From: Actinomycetota bacterium
GTDB lineage: Bacteria > Actinomycetota > CADDZG01 > WHSQ01
Assembly: GCA_050694215.1 (NCBI GenBank)
Contig: JBOGXB010000002.1
Location: forward strand, 206-64,205
Length of the DNA: 64,000 nt
Direction of reading: 5' to 3'
In this document: positions 8,901 through 17,821 of the stretch, piece by piece
Layout: each line of letters starts with the position of its first letter
How positions within the stretch are numbered: position 1 is the stretch's first letter
Program-made: the position numbers and the translations under genes
The notes under the pieces: model-generated
Databases searched by the model: none
Told to the model about the DNA's origin: nothing
The model's input: only the letters and a program-made list of their open reading frames with translations

Positions 8901-11333
8901 CTAGTCGTCGTCTGCCGTGCTGTGGTCCGCCTGCGTCGCGACCTGCTCCGGACCGAAGTGGCTTCCGGCCAGGACCGGCAGCGGAAGGTCCACACGCGAG
9001 TGCCGCTTGTGGGCCGCCACCACCTGGGCGTGGTATGCCTCGGCCATCTCCCCGAATTCCTTCGAGTGGTAGGGACGCCCGTCGATGAGCGGCCCCTCGC
9101 GGCCCTCGATGATCGCCTCGACGTCGTCGCCGGTCACGGTCTTGTGGGTCTCAAGCGCATGCGCGATAGCGAGGACGTCCCCCCGGTTCTCCTCCAGCAC
9201 TTCCTGAGTGAGCCTCAACAGCTCGCCGAGCTTGTCCTCGATGCGTTCGCCGAGGTCCGTGTTGAGAAGATCCGGCTCCTTCTTGCCCTTCTCCTTGCCC
9301 GGCTTGCCTCCGCCACCGATGCCGACCTCGTGCGTGACGCCGTGAGACGTGACGGTGGTTCCCATACCCCAATAGCCCTCCATCAGGGTGGCGATCCGGG
9401 TTGCGCCCTCGAGGTCTCCGGAGACGCCCGACGAGTTGTCTCCCTCGAAGAACATCCGCTCGCCTGCGAGTGCGGCGAGACTCGACATGATGTCGGCCTC
9501 GTACTCGCTGCGCCAGCGAGTGAACTGGTCCTCCGGTGGTATCGATGCAACCATGCCTAGATACGTTCCGCCCTTCTCGATCGTCGCGATGTCGATCGTC
9601 AGGTGGTGACGGACCCTGTAAGCGACGACCGCGTGGCAAGCCTCGTGGATGGCGACTGCATGGCGTTCGCGCTCGATGTACTCGACGTCCTCGGGGGGGC
9701 CGAGGTCCTTGAGCTGCTTGGCCTTGATGACGTCCGGCCACTGGATCGTGTCGCGGCCACTCCGAATGGCGTTGATGAGCGCCTCGTTGACGAGGTCCTT
9801 GATCGTCGCACCGGTCGAGTAGGGAGTGATCGTCGCCAGCCTATCGACTTCCTCCTCGGCCAGCTCGTGGTTGACCTTGTCGAAGTAGCCGACGTAAGTG
9901 CGGACGCGCCCCACCTTCGATGGATAGCCGACTTTGTAGATGCGATCCAGACGACCCGGACGCAGCAGCGCCTCGTCCAGCGCTTGAGGCATGTTCGTGG
10001 CCATCATTATCAGGATGCGGTACTTGGGCGGCGGCTTCGGGCGCATTCCGAGCGCGCGCCGGACGATGCGATTCCAGAAGCCGCGCGGTTTCTTGAGACC
10101 CGACATCTCGGTGAGGAGCGCTTGCAAGGTCCCCATACCGCCGCCTCCGCCGCCCATGCCGCCCATGAAGATGCGGTCGAACACTCGCCCCCGGCGCTCG
10201 GCGACGTCACTGTGAAGACTCGAGCGGACGATCAGCGATTGGGATACGGGCGACATGTAGGAGAGACCGTTGCAGCCGTCGGCGACCTGCCACGGGGCGG
10301 GGGTCATCGCCGGCTGGCCCCACGGCCCTCCGCCGGTGAGCATCCCGCGGTTCCCGAGTGCGTCGGCCTCGTCGAAGAAGACGATCACTCCGCCGTAGCG
10401 GACGGCGAGCTTGCGGAGCTTGCGGAACAGACCCTTGACCTTGAGGATGCCCACCCCCATGAACATGTTGATGAACGCCCCCGGGTCGACGAAGACGAAC
10501 GGCTTCCCCGTCTCGCCCGCGACAGCTTCGGCCATGAGCGTCTTCCCTGTTCCCGGAGGCCCCCACAGCAGTATCCCGCCGGGAACGTAGCCGCCCTTGT
10601 CCTCGATGGATTCGGGGGCGTCGAGGAAGAGCATGTTCTCCTTGATTTTCTCGAGGACGCTGTCCTGCCCCCACACGTCGGTGAAGCGGGTCTTGATGTC
10701 GTCGGGGAAGTAGACGTCGACTCCGCCACGTGACAGGAACCAGAAGAGCCCGACGAACTGGATGATGACGATGAAGAAGAGGAAGACGACCCGGATGAGG
10801 AGCGGCGCCGCGGCGATAAGGATGCCCGGGAGCTCGAAGATGGCGGTCGCCGGCGAGAGATCCATGGCACCGGCGATGACCAGGTCGATGACCGCCAGAT
10901 AAAAGAGCCACTTCAGAGCGCGGCCGAGACGGAAGCGGTTCCAGTCGTTCATCCGCGCCAGGCGCTTGTCCCAGCCTCCGAAGACCCTCTGAGTCCACAA
11001 GCGGTGGTAGGCGGCCGAGCCCTCGCTGATCAGGTAGTGAAGCTGGCGCAGGAACTCGATCCCGGCGAGGACCAGCAGCCAGCCGTGGGAGCGAGCGGTC
11101 AGCTCCGCGACCTCCCGGATCGAGAGCAGCGGGTTCTCGGTTACGGCGGCCCAGAACAGGAAGAGCCACGCGCCCAGCACGAAGGCGAGGATCTTGACGC
11201 GATCCCACCACGCGAGGGGCTTGCGCGTCGGGCGGTCCTCCTCCCGCTCACGCGACTGATACTCGACGGGCCCCTTGTCGTGGTCGGGAAAGGCCAGCCC
11301 AGGCTTGCGGCCGCCCCGGTCGGAGTCGGTCAT
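8901..11333 (-). CDS. divergent FtsH-family AAA+ ATPase / M41 zinc metalloprotease, multi-pass membrane N-terminus
   Basis: Walker A GPPGTGKT, Walker B VFFDEAD, sensor-1 MMATN, LLRPGRLDR, HEXXH (HEACHAVVAY). Several hydrophobic segments in the first ~250 aa. Start taken at ATG 11333 (MTDSDRGG...); GTG at 11372 is possible. The track start at 11516 would overlap the upstream gene. Confidence 0.85.
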   Translation of the reverse strand: MTDSDRGGRKPGLAFPDHDKGPVEYQSREREEDRPTRKPLAWWDRVKILAFVLGAWLFLFWAAVTENPLLSIREVAELTARSHGWLLVLAGIEFLRQLHYLISEGSAAYHRLWTQRVFGGWDKRLARMNDWNRFRLGRALKWLFYLAVIDLVIAGAMDLSPATAIFELPGILIAAAPLLIRVVFLFFIVIIQFVGLFWFLSRGGVDVYFPDDIKTRFTDVWGQDSVLEKIKENMLFLDAPESIEDKGGYVPGGILLWGPPGTGKTLMAEAVAGETGKPFVFVDPGAFINMFMGVGILKVKGLFRKLRKLAVRYGGVIVFFDEADALGNRGMLTGGGPWGQPAMTPAPWQVADGCNGLSYMSPVSQSLIVRSSLHSDVAERRGRVFDRIFMGGMGGGGGGMGTLQALLTEMSGLKKPRGFWNRIVRRALGMRPKPPPKYRILIMMATNMPQALDEALLRPGRLDRIYKVGYPSKVGRVRTYVGYFDKVNHELAEEEVDRLATITPYSTGATIKDLVNEALINAIRSGRDTIQWPDVIKAKQLKDLGPPEDVEYIERERHAVAIHEACHAVVAYRVRHHLTIDIATIEKGGTYLGMVASIPPEDQFTRWRSEYEADIMSSLAALAGERMFFEGDNSSGVSGDLEGATRIATLMEGYWGMGTTVTSHGVTHEVGIGGGGKPGKEKGKKEPDLLNTDLGERIEDKLGELLRLTQEVLEENRGDVLAIAHALETHKTVTGDDVEAIIEGREGPLIDGRPYHSKEFGEMAEAYHAQVVAAHKRHSRVDLPLPVLAGSHFGPEQVATQADHSTADDD

Positions 11334-11457
11334 AGGGTCACTATCGTCAGCTATCCGGCCTACTTGCGCCACCCCCCTCGCGGCGAAATCCAATCCGTAG
11401 TATCTCCCGGCCCTCGAGTCGCTCGGGACACAAGGCAATAGTGATGGAGCCCTCCGG

Positions 11458-12108
11458 CTACATCCGGTCGAGCAGCTCCTTCTTCTTGGTTTGGAACTCC
11501 TCCTCCGAGATGGCACCGGCCTTCCGCAGGCGAGCGAGGGCCTCGATCTGCTCCGGGATGCTCTGGCTTCCCCCCACGGCCGCGGCCGAGCGTGGCTGCA
11601 TCATCCGATCCGAGTTCGCCTCGGTCGCCTTGTAGATCATGAGCTGCACCTGCTCGGGCTTACGGACGTTCCCGATGCGGGTCTGGCCTCGCTCTCCCGC
11701 GGACTCCACGAGGAGGTCGCCGGCTCCAAACACCCGCTCGAGAACCGTCTGCGTGAACGCGACGTCGTTGATTCGCTCCAGCGGTATCTCCTTGGAGTGC
11801 TTCGCGATGATCCCGCTCCGAGTGATCAACCGATCGCTCGTCAGCACGAATATCGTGAATCGCCACCGAAGGAACGGGATGAGGGCGAAGTAGATCCACG
11901 CCAGGGTGAACAGCCCTCCCACCACGCTCTTGGCCGTCTCCTGGGTCGACTCCTTCGAGAAGATCGCCTCCATCGCCTGGTAACCGAGGAACAAACCCAG
12001 AAGCAGGACGAGTGTCCACAACACGGGCGGTGCCGCCGAGATCCAATGCGGGCGGAGCTCGAAGACGACCTTCTCGTGATCGGCCAGCAGCGATCTCGGG
12101 AACCCCAT
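11458..12108 (-). CDS. membrane bPH (YdbS/YdbT-like, DUF304) domain protein with C-terminal SHOCT domain
   Basis: GEKVVFELRPHW-type start, two hydrophobic helices and a PH-like core (VLTSDRLITRSG ... IPLERINDV). C-terminal IEALARLRKAGAISEEEFQTKKKELL matches the SHOCT pattern. Confidence 0.8.
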   Translation of the reverse strand: MGFPRSLLADHEKVVFELRPHWISAAPPVLWTLVLLLGLFLGYQAMEAIFSKESTQETAKSVVGGLFTLAWIYFALIPFLRWRFTIFVLTSDRLITRSGIIAKHSKEIPLERINDVAFTQTVLERVFGAGDLLVESAGERGQTRIGNVRKPEQVQLMIYKATEANSDRMMQPRSAAAVGGSQSIPEQIEALARLRKAGAISEEEFQTKKKELLDRM

Positions 12109-12142
12109 GCCGCAAAGGTATCCAAACTAGTATCCCCACGTC

Positions 12143-12436
12143 ATGGCCATCGATAGGCAGGCGGTTGATCACGTCGCCCGGCTGGCGCGCCTCGCGCTGG
12201 ACGAGGACGAACGGGAACGGATGATGGGTGAGCTCGCGCAGATACTGGCCCATGCGGAGAAGATCCAGGAGCTCGATCTCGACGCCGTCGAGCCAACGTC
12301 CCACTCCCTGCCGATTCGCAATGTCATGCGTCCGGACGAGGTCCGTACCGGTCTTACGCAGGACGAGGCTCTGGCCAATGCCCCCGCGGCAGAGGCCGGG
12401 CGCTTCAGGGTTCCTCGAATCATCGAGGACGCGTGA
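12143..12436 (+). CDS. gatC: Asp-tRNA(Asn)/Glu-tRNA(Gln) amidotransferase subunit C
   Basis: 97 aa. VDHVARLARLALDEDERERMMGELAQILAHAEKIQELD is a typical GatC sequence. Followed by gatA and gatB. Confidence 0.9.
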   Translation: MAIDRQAVDHVARLARLALDEDERERMMGELAQILAHAEKIQELDLDAVEPTSHSLPIRNVMRPDEVRTGLTQDEALANAPAAEAGRFRVPRIIEDA

Positions 12437-12515
12437 TGCATCGGGTGTTGCGTGTCAGGCAACTGTCTGACAATTGTCTGAGAACCGTCGGACAGGTCCT
12501 CGATGGAGTGGATAC

Positions 12516-13994
12516 GTGACCGGCGAGCTCGTATGGCGATCCGCGGTGGAGCTCGCCGACTCTCTTGCCTCCGGCGGGGTCTCTTCGGCGGAGATCGCCG
12601 AGGCCCTGATCGCCCGCGCCGAGGAGGTGGAGGGCTCGATCGCCGCCTACCTGACCCGCACCGACGATCGGGCGCTCGAGGACGCTCGCGCCGCGGACGA
12701 GCGGCGCGGCCGTGGAGAGGCCCACTCGCGCTTCGACGGGGTTCCGATCGGATACAAGGACGTATTCGTCACCAAGGGTGTCGCCTCGACGAGCGGGTCG
12801 AGGATCCTGGACGGCTTCGTTCCCCCTTACGACTCCACCGTCGTCGCTCGCTGCGGAGCCGCCGGGATGCCGATGCTGGGCAAGCTCAACATGGACGAGT
12901 TCGCGATGGGGTCGTCGACCGAGAACTCGGGCTTCCACGTGACCCGCAATCCCTGGGACGGGGACCGCGTCCCCGGAGGCTCCTCCGGCGGTGCCACCGC
13001 GGCCGTGGCGGCCGGAGCGGCTCCCTGGGCCTGGGGGACCGACACGGGAGGGTCCGTGCGCCAACCGGCCTCACTCTGCGGCCTCGTCGGGATGAAGCCG
13101 ACCTATGGGCTCGTGTCGCGATACGGCATGATCGCGTTCGCTTCGTCGCTCGATCAGGCGGGGCCGATCACGCGCACGGTCGAGGACGCAGCCGCGCTGC
13201 TGAAGGTAGCGGCAGGCCACGACGCCCTCGACGCGACCTCCCTGGACGAAGAGGTCCCCGACTACCTCGACGGTATCGACGCAGGCATCTCGGGGCTGCG
13301 CATCGGGATGGTCAAGGAGTTCGAGTCGGGAGAAGGGACGCAGGCCGGGGTGCGCGCGCGGGTCGACGAGGCCTATCAACGGTTCGAGAAGCTCGGCGCC
13401 ACCCTGGAGGAGGTGTCTCTTCCGTCTTTCGAGCACGCGATCTCCGCGTACTACCTGATCGCTCCGGCGGAAGCGTCGGCGAACCTGGCTCGTTACGACG
13501 GAGTGCGATACGGATTCCGGGCCGAAGGGGACGACATCATCCGCATGACCTCTCGCACGCGCGACGAGGGCTTCGGGACGGAGGTGAAGCGCCGCATCAT
13601 GCTCGGGACGTACGCGTTGTCTGCCGGCTACTACGACGCTTACTACGGGAAGGCGCAGAAGGTACGCACGTTGATCATCGAGGACCTGAAGCGCGCCTAC
13701 GACGCGGTCGATCTCATCGTTTGCCCAACGTCGCCGACCACCGCGTTCAAAATCGGCGAACGAACGGAGGACCCACTCGCGATGTATCTCTCGGACGTCT
13801 TCACCGTGCCGGTGAACCTCGCGGGTAACGCAGGAATCAGCGTGCCGTGCGGCCTCTCACCGGACGACGGCCTGCCGGTGGGTGTGCAGATCATCGCGAA
13901 GGCTCTGGACGAGAAGATGATGTTCCGCGCCGCATACGCCTTCGAACAGGATCTCGGGTGGGCGGGCTCGATGGAGAGCAGGCCCCCACTGTGA
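12516..13994 (+). CDS. gatA: Glu-tRNA(Gln) amidotransferase subunit A
   Basis: Amidase signature (GGSSGGATAAVAAG, GTDTGGSVRQPA). GTG at 12516 is preceded by GGAG and gives a canonical N-terminus (LVWRSAVELADSL...). The track start at 12474 is possible. Confidence 0.92.
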   Translation: MTGELVWRSAVELADSLASGGVSSAEIAEALIARAEEVEGSIAAYLTRTDDRALEDARAADERRGRGEAHSRFDGVPIGYKDVFVTKGVASTSGSRILDGFVPPYDSTVVARCGAAGMPMLGKLNMDEFAMGSSTENSGFHVTRNPWDGDRVPGGSSGGATAAVAAGAAPWAWGTDTGGSVRQPASLCGLVGMKPTYGLVSRYGMIAFASSLDQAGPITRTVEDAAALLKVAAGHDALDATSLDEEVPDYLDGIDAGISGLRIGMVKEFESGEGTQAGVRARVDEAYQRFEKLGATLEEVSLPSFEHAISAYYLIAPAEASANLARYDGVRYGFRAEGDDIIRMTSRTRDEGFGTEVKRRIMLGTYALSAGYYDAYYGKAQKVRTLIIEDLKRAYDAVDLIVCPTSPTTAFKIGERTEDPLAMYLSDVFTVPVNLAGNAGISVPCGLSPDDGLPVGVQIIAKALDEKMMFRAAYAFEQDLGWAGSMESRPPL

Positions 13995-15451
13995 GCATCA
14001 CCGATGTCTACGAGACCACGGTGGGGCTCGAGATCCACGTGGAGCTGTCGACCAAGTCGAAGATGTTCTGTGGCTGCGAGGTCGCCTTCGCCGGCGAGCC
14101 GAACACGCGCACGTGCCCTGTGTGCCTCGGGCTGCCCGGGTCGCTCCCGGTTCCGAACGAGAAAGCTATCGAGCACACGATGAAGATCGGTCTCGCGCTC
14201 AACTGCGAGATTGCAGGATGGTGCCTGTTCCACCGCAAGAACTATTTCTATCCCGACATCCCGAAGAACTATCAGATCTCTCAATACGATCATCCCCTCT
14301 GTTCGAAGGGCTTCATCGAGATCTCGGGCGACTTCGGCACCAAGCGCGTCGGTATCACGCGCGTACACCTCGAGGAGGATACCGGCAAGTCGATACACGT
14401 CGGAGGGTCGGGCCGGATCGCGGACTCCGATTACTCACTGGAGGACTTCAACAGGGCGGGCACCCCGTTGGTCGAGATCGTGAGCGAGCCCGATATCTCC
14501 TCCGCGGAAGAAGCGCGCGTTTTCGTGTCTGAGCTGCGCGCGCTGGTCGAGTCGCTCGGAGTGAGCGACGTGCGCATGGAGGAGGGCTCTCTGCGAGTGG
14601 ACGCAAACATCTCGGTCCGGCGTAGCGGCGAGACGGAGCACGGAGCCAAGGTCGAGGTCAAGAACATGAATTCGATTCGATCGGTCGTCCGCGCCTTGAT
14701 GTACGAGGAGGAGAGACAGCGGCGGGCTCTCGACTCCGGCGAGGAGCTCGTACAGGAGACTCGTCATTTCGACGAGAAGACGGGTACGACGTCGTCGATG
14801 CGGACCAAGGAATACGCTTTCGACTACCGCTACTTCCCCGAGCCCGACCTGGTGCCGTTGGAGCCCCCGGTGGAATGGGTCGACTCGTTGCGTGAGTCCA
14901 TGCCGGAGTTCCCCACGGCTCGTCGAGCGCGGTTCGCGTCGCAGTACGGGCTGGGCGACAAGGACATTGAGGTGCTGGCCGCGACGAGCGCAACTGCGGA
15001 CTGGTTCGAAGAGGCCGCAGACGCCTACGACGGGGATGCTAAGAGGATCGTCAACTGGATCATCGCCGACCTCTTCGGCTTGCTCAACGAGGCGGGGATC
15101 GAGCTGCACGAATCGAAGGTCGCTCCCAAGCAACTGGCGGCGATGGTGAAGATGATCGACGCGGGCACGATCTCCGGGAAACAGGCGAAGCTCGTGTTGC
15201 AGGCCATGTTCGAGAGCGGCCGCGATGCGGAAGAGATCGCGCAGGAGAAGGGGCTCGAGCAGGTCTCGGACGCCGCCCAGCTCGAGGGCGTCGTCGACGA
15301 GGTCATCGCCGAGAACTCCGAGGCCGCCGACAAGGTGCGCGCCGGCCAGCTGAACACGATGGGCTTTCTCGTCGGTCGGGTGATGAAGAAGACGAGGGGT
15401 CGGGCGAACCCGGGTCTCGTCAACGAGCTCCTTCGCTCGAAGCTCACCTAA
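13991..15451 (+). CDS. gatB: Glu-tRNA(Gln) amidotransferase subunit B
   Basis: GTG at 13991 overlaps the gatA stop (GTGA). Canonical N-terminus YETTVGLEIHVELSTKSKMFCGC. C-terminal YqeY-like tail. The track ORF start at 13847 lies inside gatA. Confidence 0.93.
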   Translation: MSITDVYETTVGLEIHVELSTKSKMFCGCEVAFAGEPNTRTCPVCLGLPGSLPVPNEKAIEHTMKIGLALNCEIAGWCLFHRKNYFYPDIPKNYQISQYDHPLCSKGFIEISGDFGTKRVGITRVHLEEDTGKSIHVGGSGRIADSDYSLEDFNRAGTPLVEIVSEPDISSAEEARVFVSELRALVESLGVSDVRMEEGSLRVDANISVRRSGETEHGAKVEVKNMNSIRSVVRALMYEEERQRRALDSGEELVQETRHFDEKTGTTSSMRTKEYAFDYRYFPEPDLVPLEPPVEWVDSLRESMPEFPTARRARFASQYGLGDKDIEVLAATSATADWFEEAADAYDGDAKRIVNWIIADLFGLLNEAGIELHESKVAPKQLAAMVKMIDAGTISGKQAKLVLQAMFESGRDAEEIAQEKGLEQVSDAAQLEGVVDEVIAENSEAADKVRAGQLNTMGFLVGRVMKKTRGRANPGLVNELLRSKLT

Positions 15452-15508
15452 CCGTTTCGTGCTAACTGGAGTACAAAACCGGGCCCGCTCAGACCAAGAA
15501 AACGGGCT

Positions 15509-16009
15509 GTGATGGAGCTCCCCCGCTTGGTTCGAGCAGGCTGGCCCATCTCCGTCGAGGCCTCCGAGGTGGCGGAGGCCCCAACCTCGGTCGTGTGGGC
15601 CTTAATCACCGATTGGGAGCGACAAGGCGACTGGATGCTGGAGGCGTCGCACTTCACGGTGACATCCGAGAAACGGGAGGGGATCGGGGTCGAGGCAGAG
15701 GCCACCATCCGCATCGGCGGGATCAAGACGCGCGACAAGGTCAGAGTGAGTGGATGGGAGCCGAACAAGCGCCTGGCAATCGACCATCGCGGGTGGGTCA
15801 CCGGCCACGGAGAGATAGTGCTGACACCGCTGCCCGGCGATCGTACGCACATCTCCTGGCGAGAGGAGCTCGACCCTCCGCTTGGGCTGGCCGGGGCTGT
15901 GGGCCTGACCGGCTTCCGGCCGATGATGAAGCGCATCTTCCGCCGCGACCTGCGTGTCCTGGCCACCCTGGCCCGCACGACCGCCCACCCTCGCGCCAGC
16001 CCCTCTTAG
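15509..16009 (+). CDS. SRPBCC-family (polyketide cyclase/dehydrase-like) protein
   Basis: 166 aa. Pattern VWALITDWERQGDWM ... typical of SRPBCC/START-like ligand-binding proteins. Confidence 0.72.
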   Translation: MMELPRLVRAGWPISVEASEVAEAPTSVVWALITDWERQGDWMLEASHFTVTSEKREGIGVEAEATIRIGGIKTRDKVRVSGWEPNKRLAIDHRGWVTGHGEIVLTPLPGDRTHISWREELDPPLGLAGAVGLTGFRPMMKRIFRRDLRVLATLARTTAHPRASPS

Positions 16010-16981
16010 ACGTTCGTTTCTATGTCAGTTCCGCCGAGCGAGCCCGTTGCAGAAAGGAATCGACGAATCAGGCGGGCGACGTCGGACGGCCGGCACACCA
16101 GGTCGTCCCATGTAAAGCGAATGACGGTCTAGCCCTCGGCCACCAGCTCGTTCTGTCTGGCACGGTCGTACTGCCAAGCCTTCCTTCCGAAATGTGGATC
16201 GAACCCGTCGATTTCGATGGCAAGCATCGCCTCGGGATATGCAAAATCGATCCGTCGCGTGCCGGATTGGCTCGGATACTGGTGTTGCGGCCGGGGTAGA
16301 CCAAACGTGCCGCAAAGACGGCGAAACCTGATCTCACCCCCGCTATCCATAGGACTGTAGGAGCGGCCACGGACATGAAGGAGGCGACGGAGGACGGAAG
16401 TTCCTCGGCGGCCGTTTCGTTCCCGAGGTCTCCAGTTGACGCTCCAGTCTGTGCATCGAGACAAGACCCTCTCGTAGCGCCGAGTCGATTGCGATATCGA
16501 CGGCTCCTTCGTGGCAAACGGCTCCGAGGTCGAGCAACGTGCGGGATGGGGTGGTGACCGGGATCCCATCCCTTCTTGTGGTATCGAAGGAGGTCAGGCG
16601 TCGAACCCGGTGGATGACGAGCCACGGAGCCGAGACGCGCAGGCTCTTCGGTGTCATCACCTCGATGGTGCACTCTCGGAAACCTTCGAACCCCCACAGG
16701 TAGGCGGCAGCCTGATGGGAGAGGGCGGCCGCCTGGCCCGCCCACAGGCAGGCCGCGAGTGCCCTCTGACGCCACGACTCAGGTGTGGACGCGAGACGAT
16801 AGACGCGAGGGAGCACGCGAACCCATGCTCCAGTTGCCACCCTTCGCGAGATCGAAGAGTGAGACAAGCCGCAGTCGAGGGCCTGGCGGTAGCCAACCAA
16901 GCCGAACTGCCTCGCGGCCCTGAGGCCGGCTTCGACGTCCGAGCCCTCCTTTCCGCGCGATGACCGCTGAGCGACACTCAT
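16006..16981 (-). pseudogene. disrupted DUF559 (endonuclease-like) protein with AbiEi_4-like N-terminal domain
   Basis: The N-terminal part reads in one frame (16343-16981). The DUF559 core (RRIDFAYPEAMLAIEIDG ... ARQNELVAEG) is in another frame (16129-16569). The ORF then hits TAG at 16126-16128 exactly where W is expected (AEG*TVIRFTWDDL) and continues in frame to 16006. Confidence 0.7.
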
Positions 16982-17111
16982 GTGGAAGGGAAGGGGAGCA
17001 CGGATGAGTGCGCCCGACTGTGGCGGGGGTCACTTTGCGGCAATTGAGGTCACGGCCGGTCGCGTTGGGGCTCAGAGCGTCGCTTGGGGGCCGAGAAAGT
17101 AGCCTCGAGTC

Positions 17112-17765
17112 GTGCTGGAGTCGAACCTCTACATCGCTTGTCTCAACCTAAAGGGGCGGCGCGCGCTCGTCGTCGGGGCGGGCTCGGTCGGGCTCGAGAA
17201 GATCAACGGGCTCCTGGTCTGCGGCGCATCGGTGAGCGTCGTCGCGCCGGATGTGCACAAGGAGGTCGACGAGCTCTCCGATCTGGGAGCGATCGAGCTG
17301 AACCGGCGCGCATACCGGACGTCCGATCTGGATGGGTGCTTCGTGGTTGTTGCGGCCACGTCCGACACGGATCTGAACACCCGCATCTACGCGGACGCAG
17401 AGGCGCGCTCGATGCTCGTCAACGTGGTCGATGTCCCCGACCTGTGTAACTTCATCCTGCCGGCGATCTCGCGCGAGGGTCCGCTGGCGGTGGCGATCTC
17501 GACCTCGGGGGCGAGTCCGGCTCTGGCAAAGCGCATGAAGAGGGAGGCGGGGGAGATGTTCGGGCCGGAGTACGCGGAGCTGGCATTCCTGCTCGACGAA
17601 CAGCGCGAGTGGGCGAAGTCGGTCCTGCCGACGTACCAGGACCGTAAGGAGTTCTTCGAGGCCATCGTCAACGGCGAACCCGACCCCATCGAGATGCTGC
17701 GCGAGAAGCAGGTCCTCGCCGTGCGCGAGCTGATCGCTGCGGCGAAGCGCCGGGTTCAGGAGTAG
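17112..17765 (+). CDS. precorrin-2 dehydrogenase / sirohydrochlorin ferrochelatase (SirC / CysG N-terminal-domain type)
   Basis: Typical N-terminus YIACLNLKGRRALVVGAGSVGLEKINGLL and the internal block PAISREGPLAVAISTSGASPALAKRMK. Confidence 0.8.
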   Translation: MLESNLYIACLNLKGRRALVVGAGSVGLEKINGLLVCGASVSVVAPDVHKEVDELSDLGAIELNRRAYRTSDLDGCFVVVAATSDTDLNTRIYADAEARSMLVNVVDVPDLCNFILPAISREGPLAVAISTSGASPALAKRMKREAGEMFGPEYAELAFLLDEQREWAKSVLPTYQDRKEFFEAIVNGEPDPIEMLREKQVLAVRELIAAAKRRVQE

Positions 17766-17767
17766 CT

Positions 17768-17790
17768 CCGTTCTGTACCCCCGAGAACGG
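17768..17790. terminator. hairpin between convergent genes (CCGTTCT - 9 nt loop - AGAACGG)
   Basis: Perfect 7-bp inverted repeat read directly in the 56-nt gap between the sirC-like gene and the aminotransferase. There is an A6/T6 run at 17811-17816. No classic U-tail directly after the stem. Confidence 0.3.
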
Positions 17791-17821
17791 CCGTCGAGGG
17801 CGTGAGTTACGAAAAAAGGGG

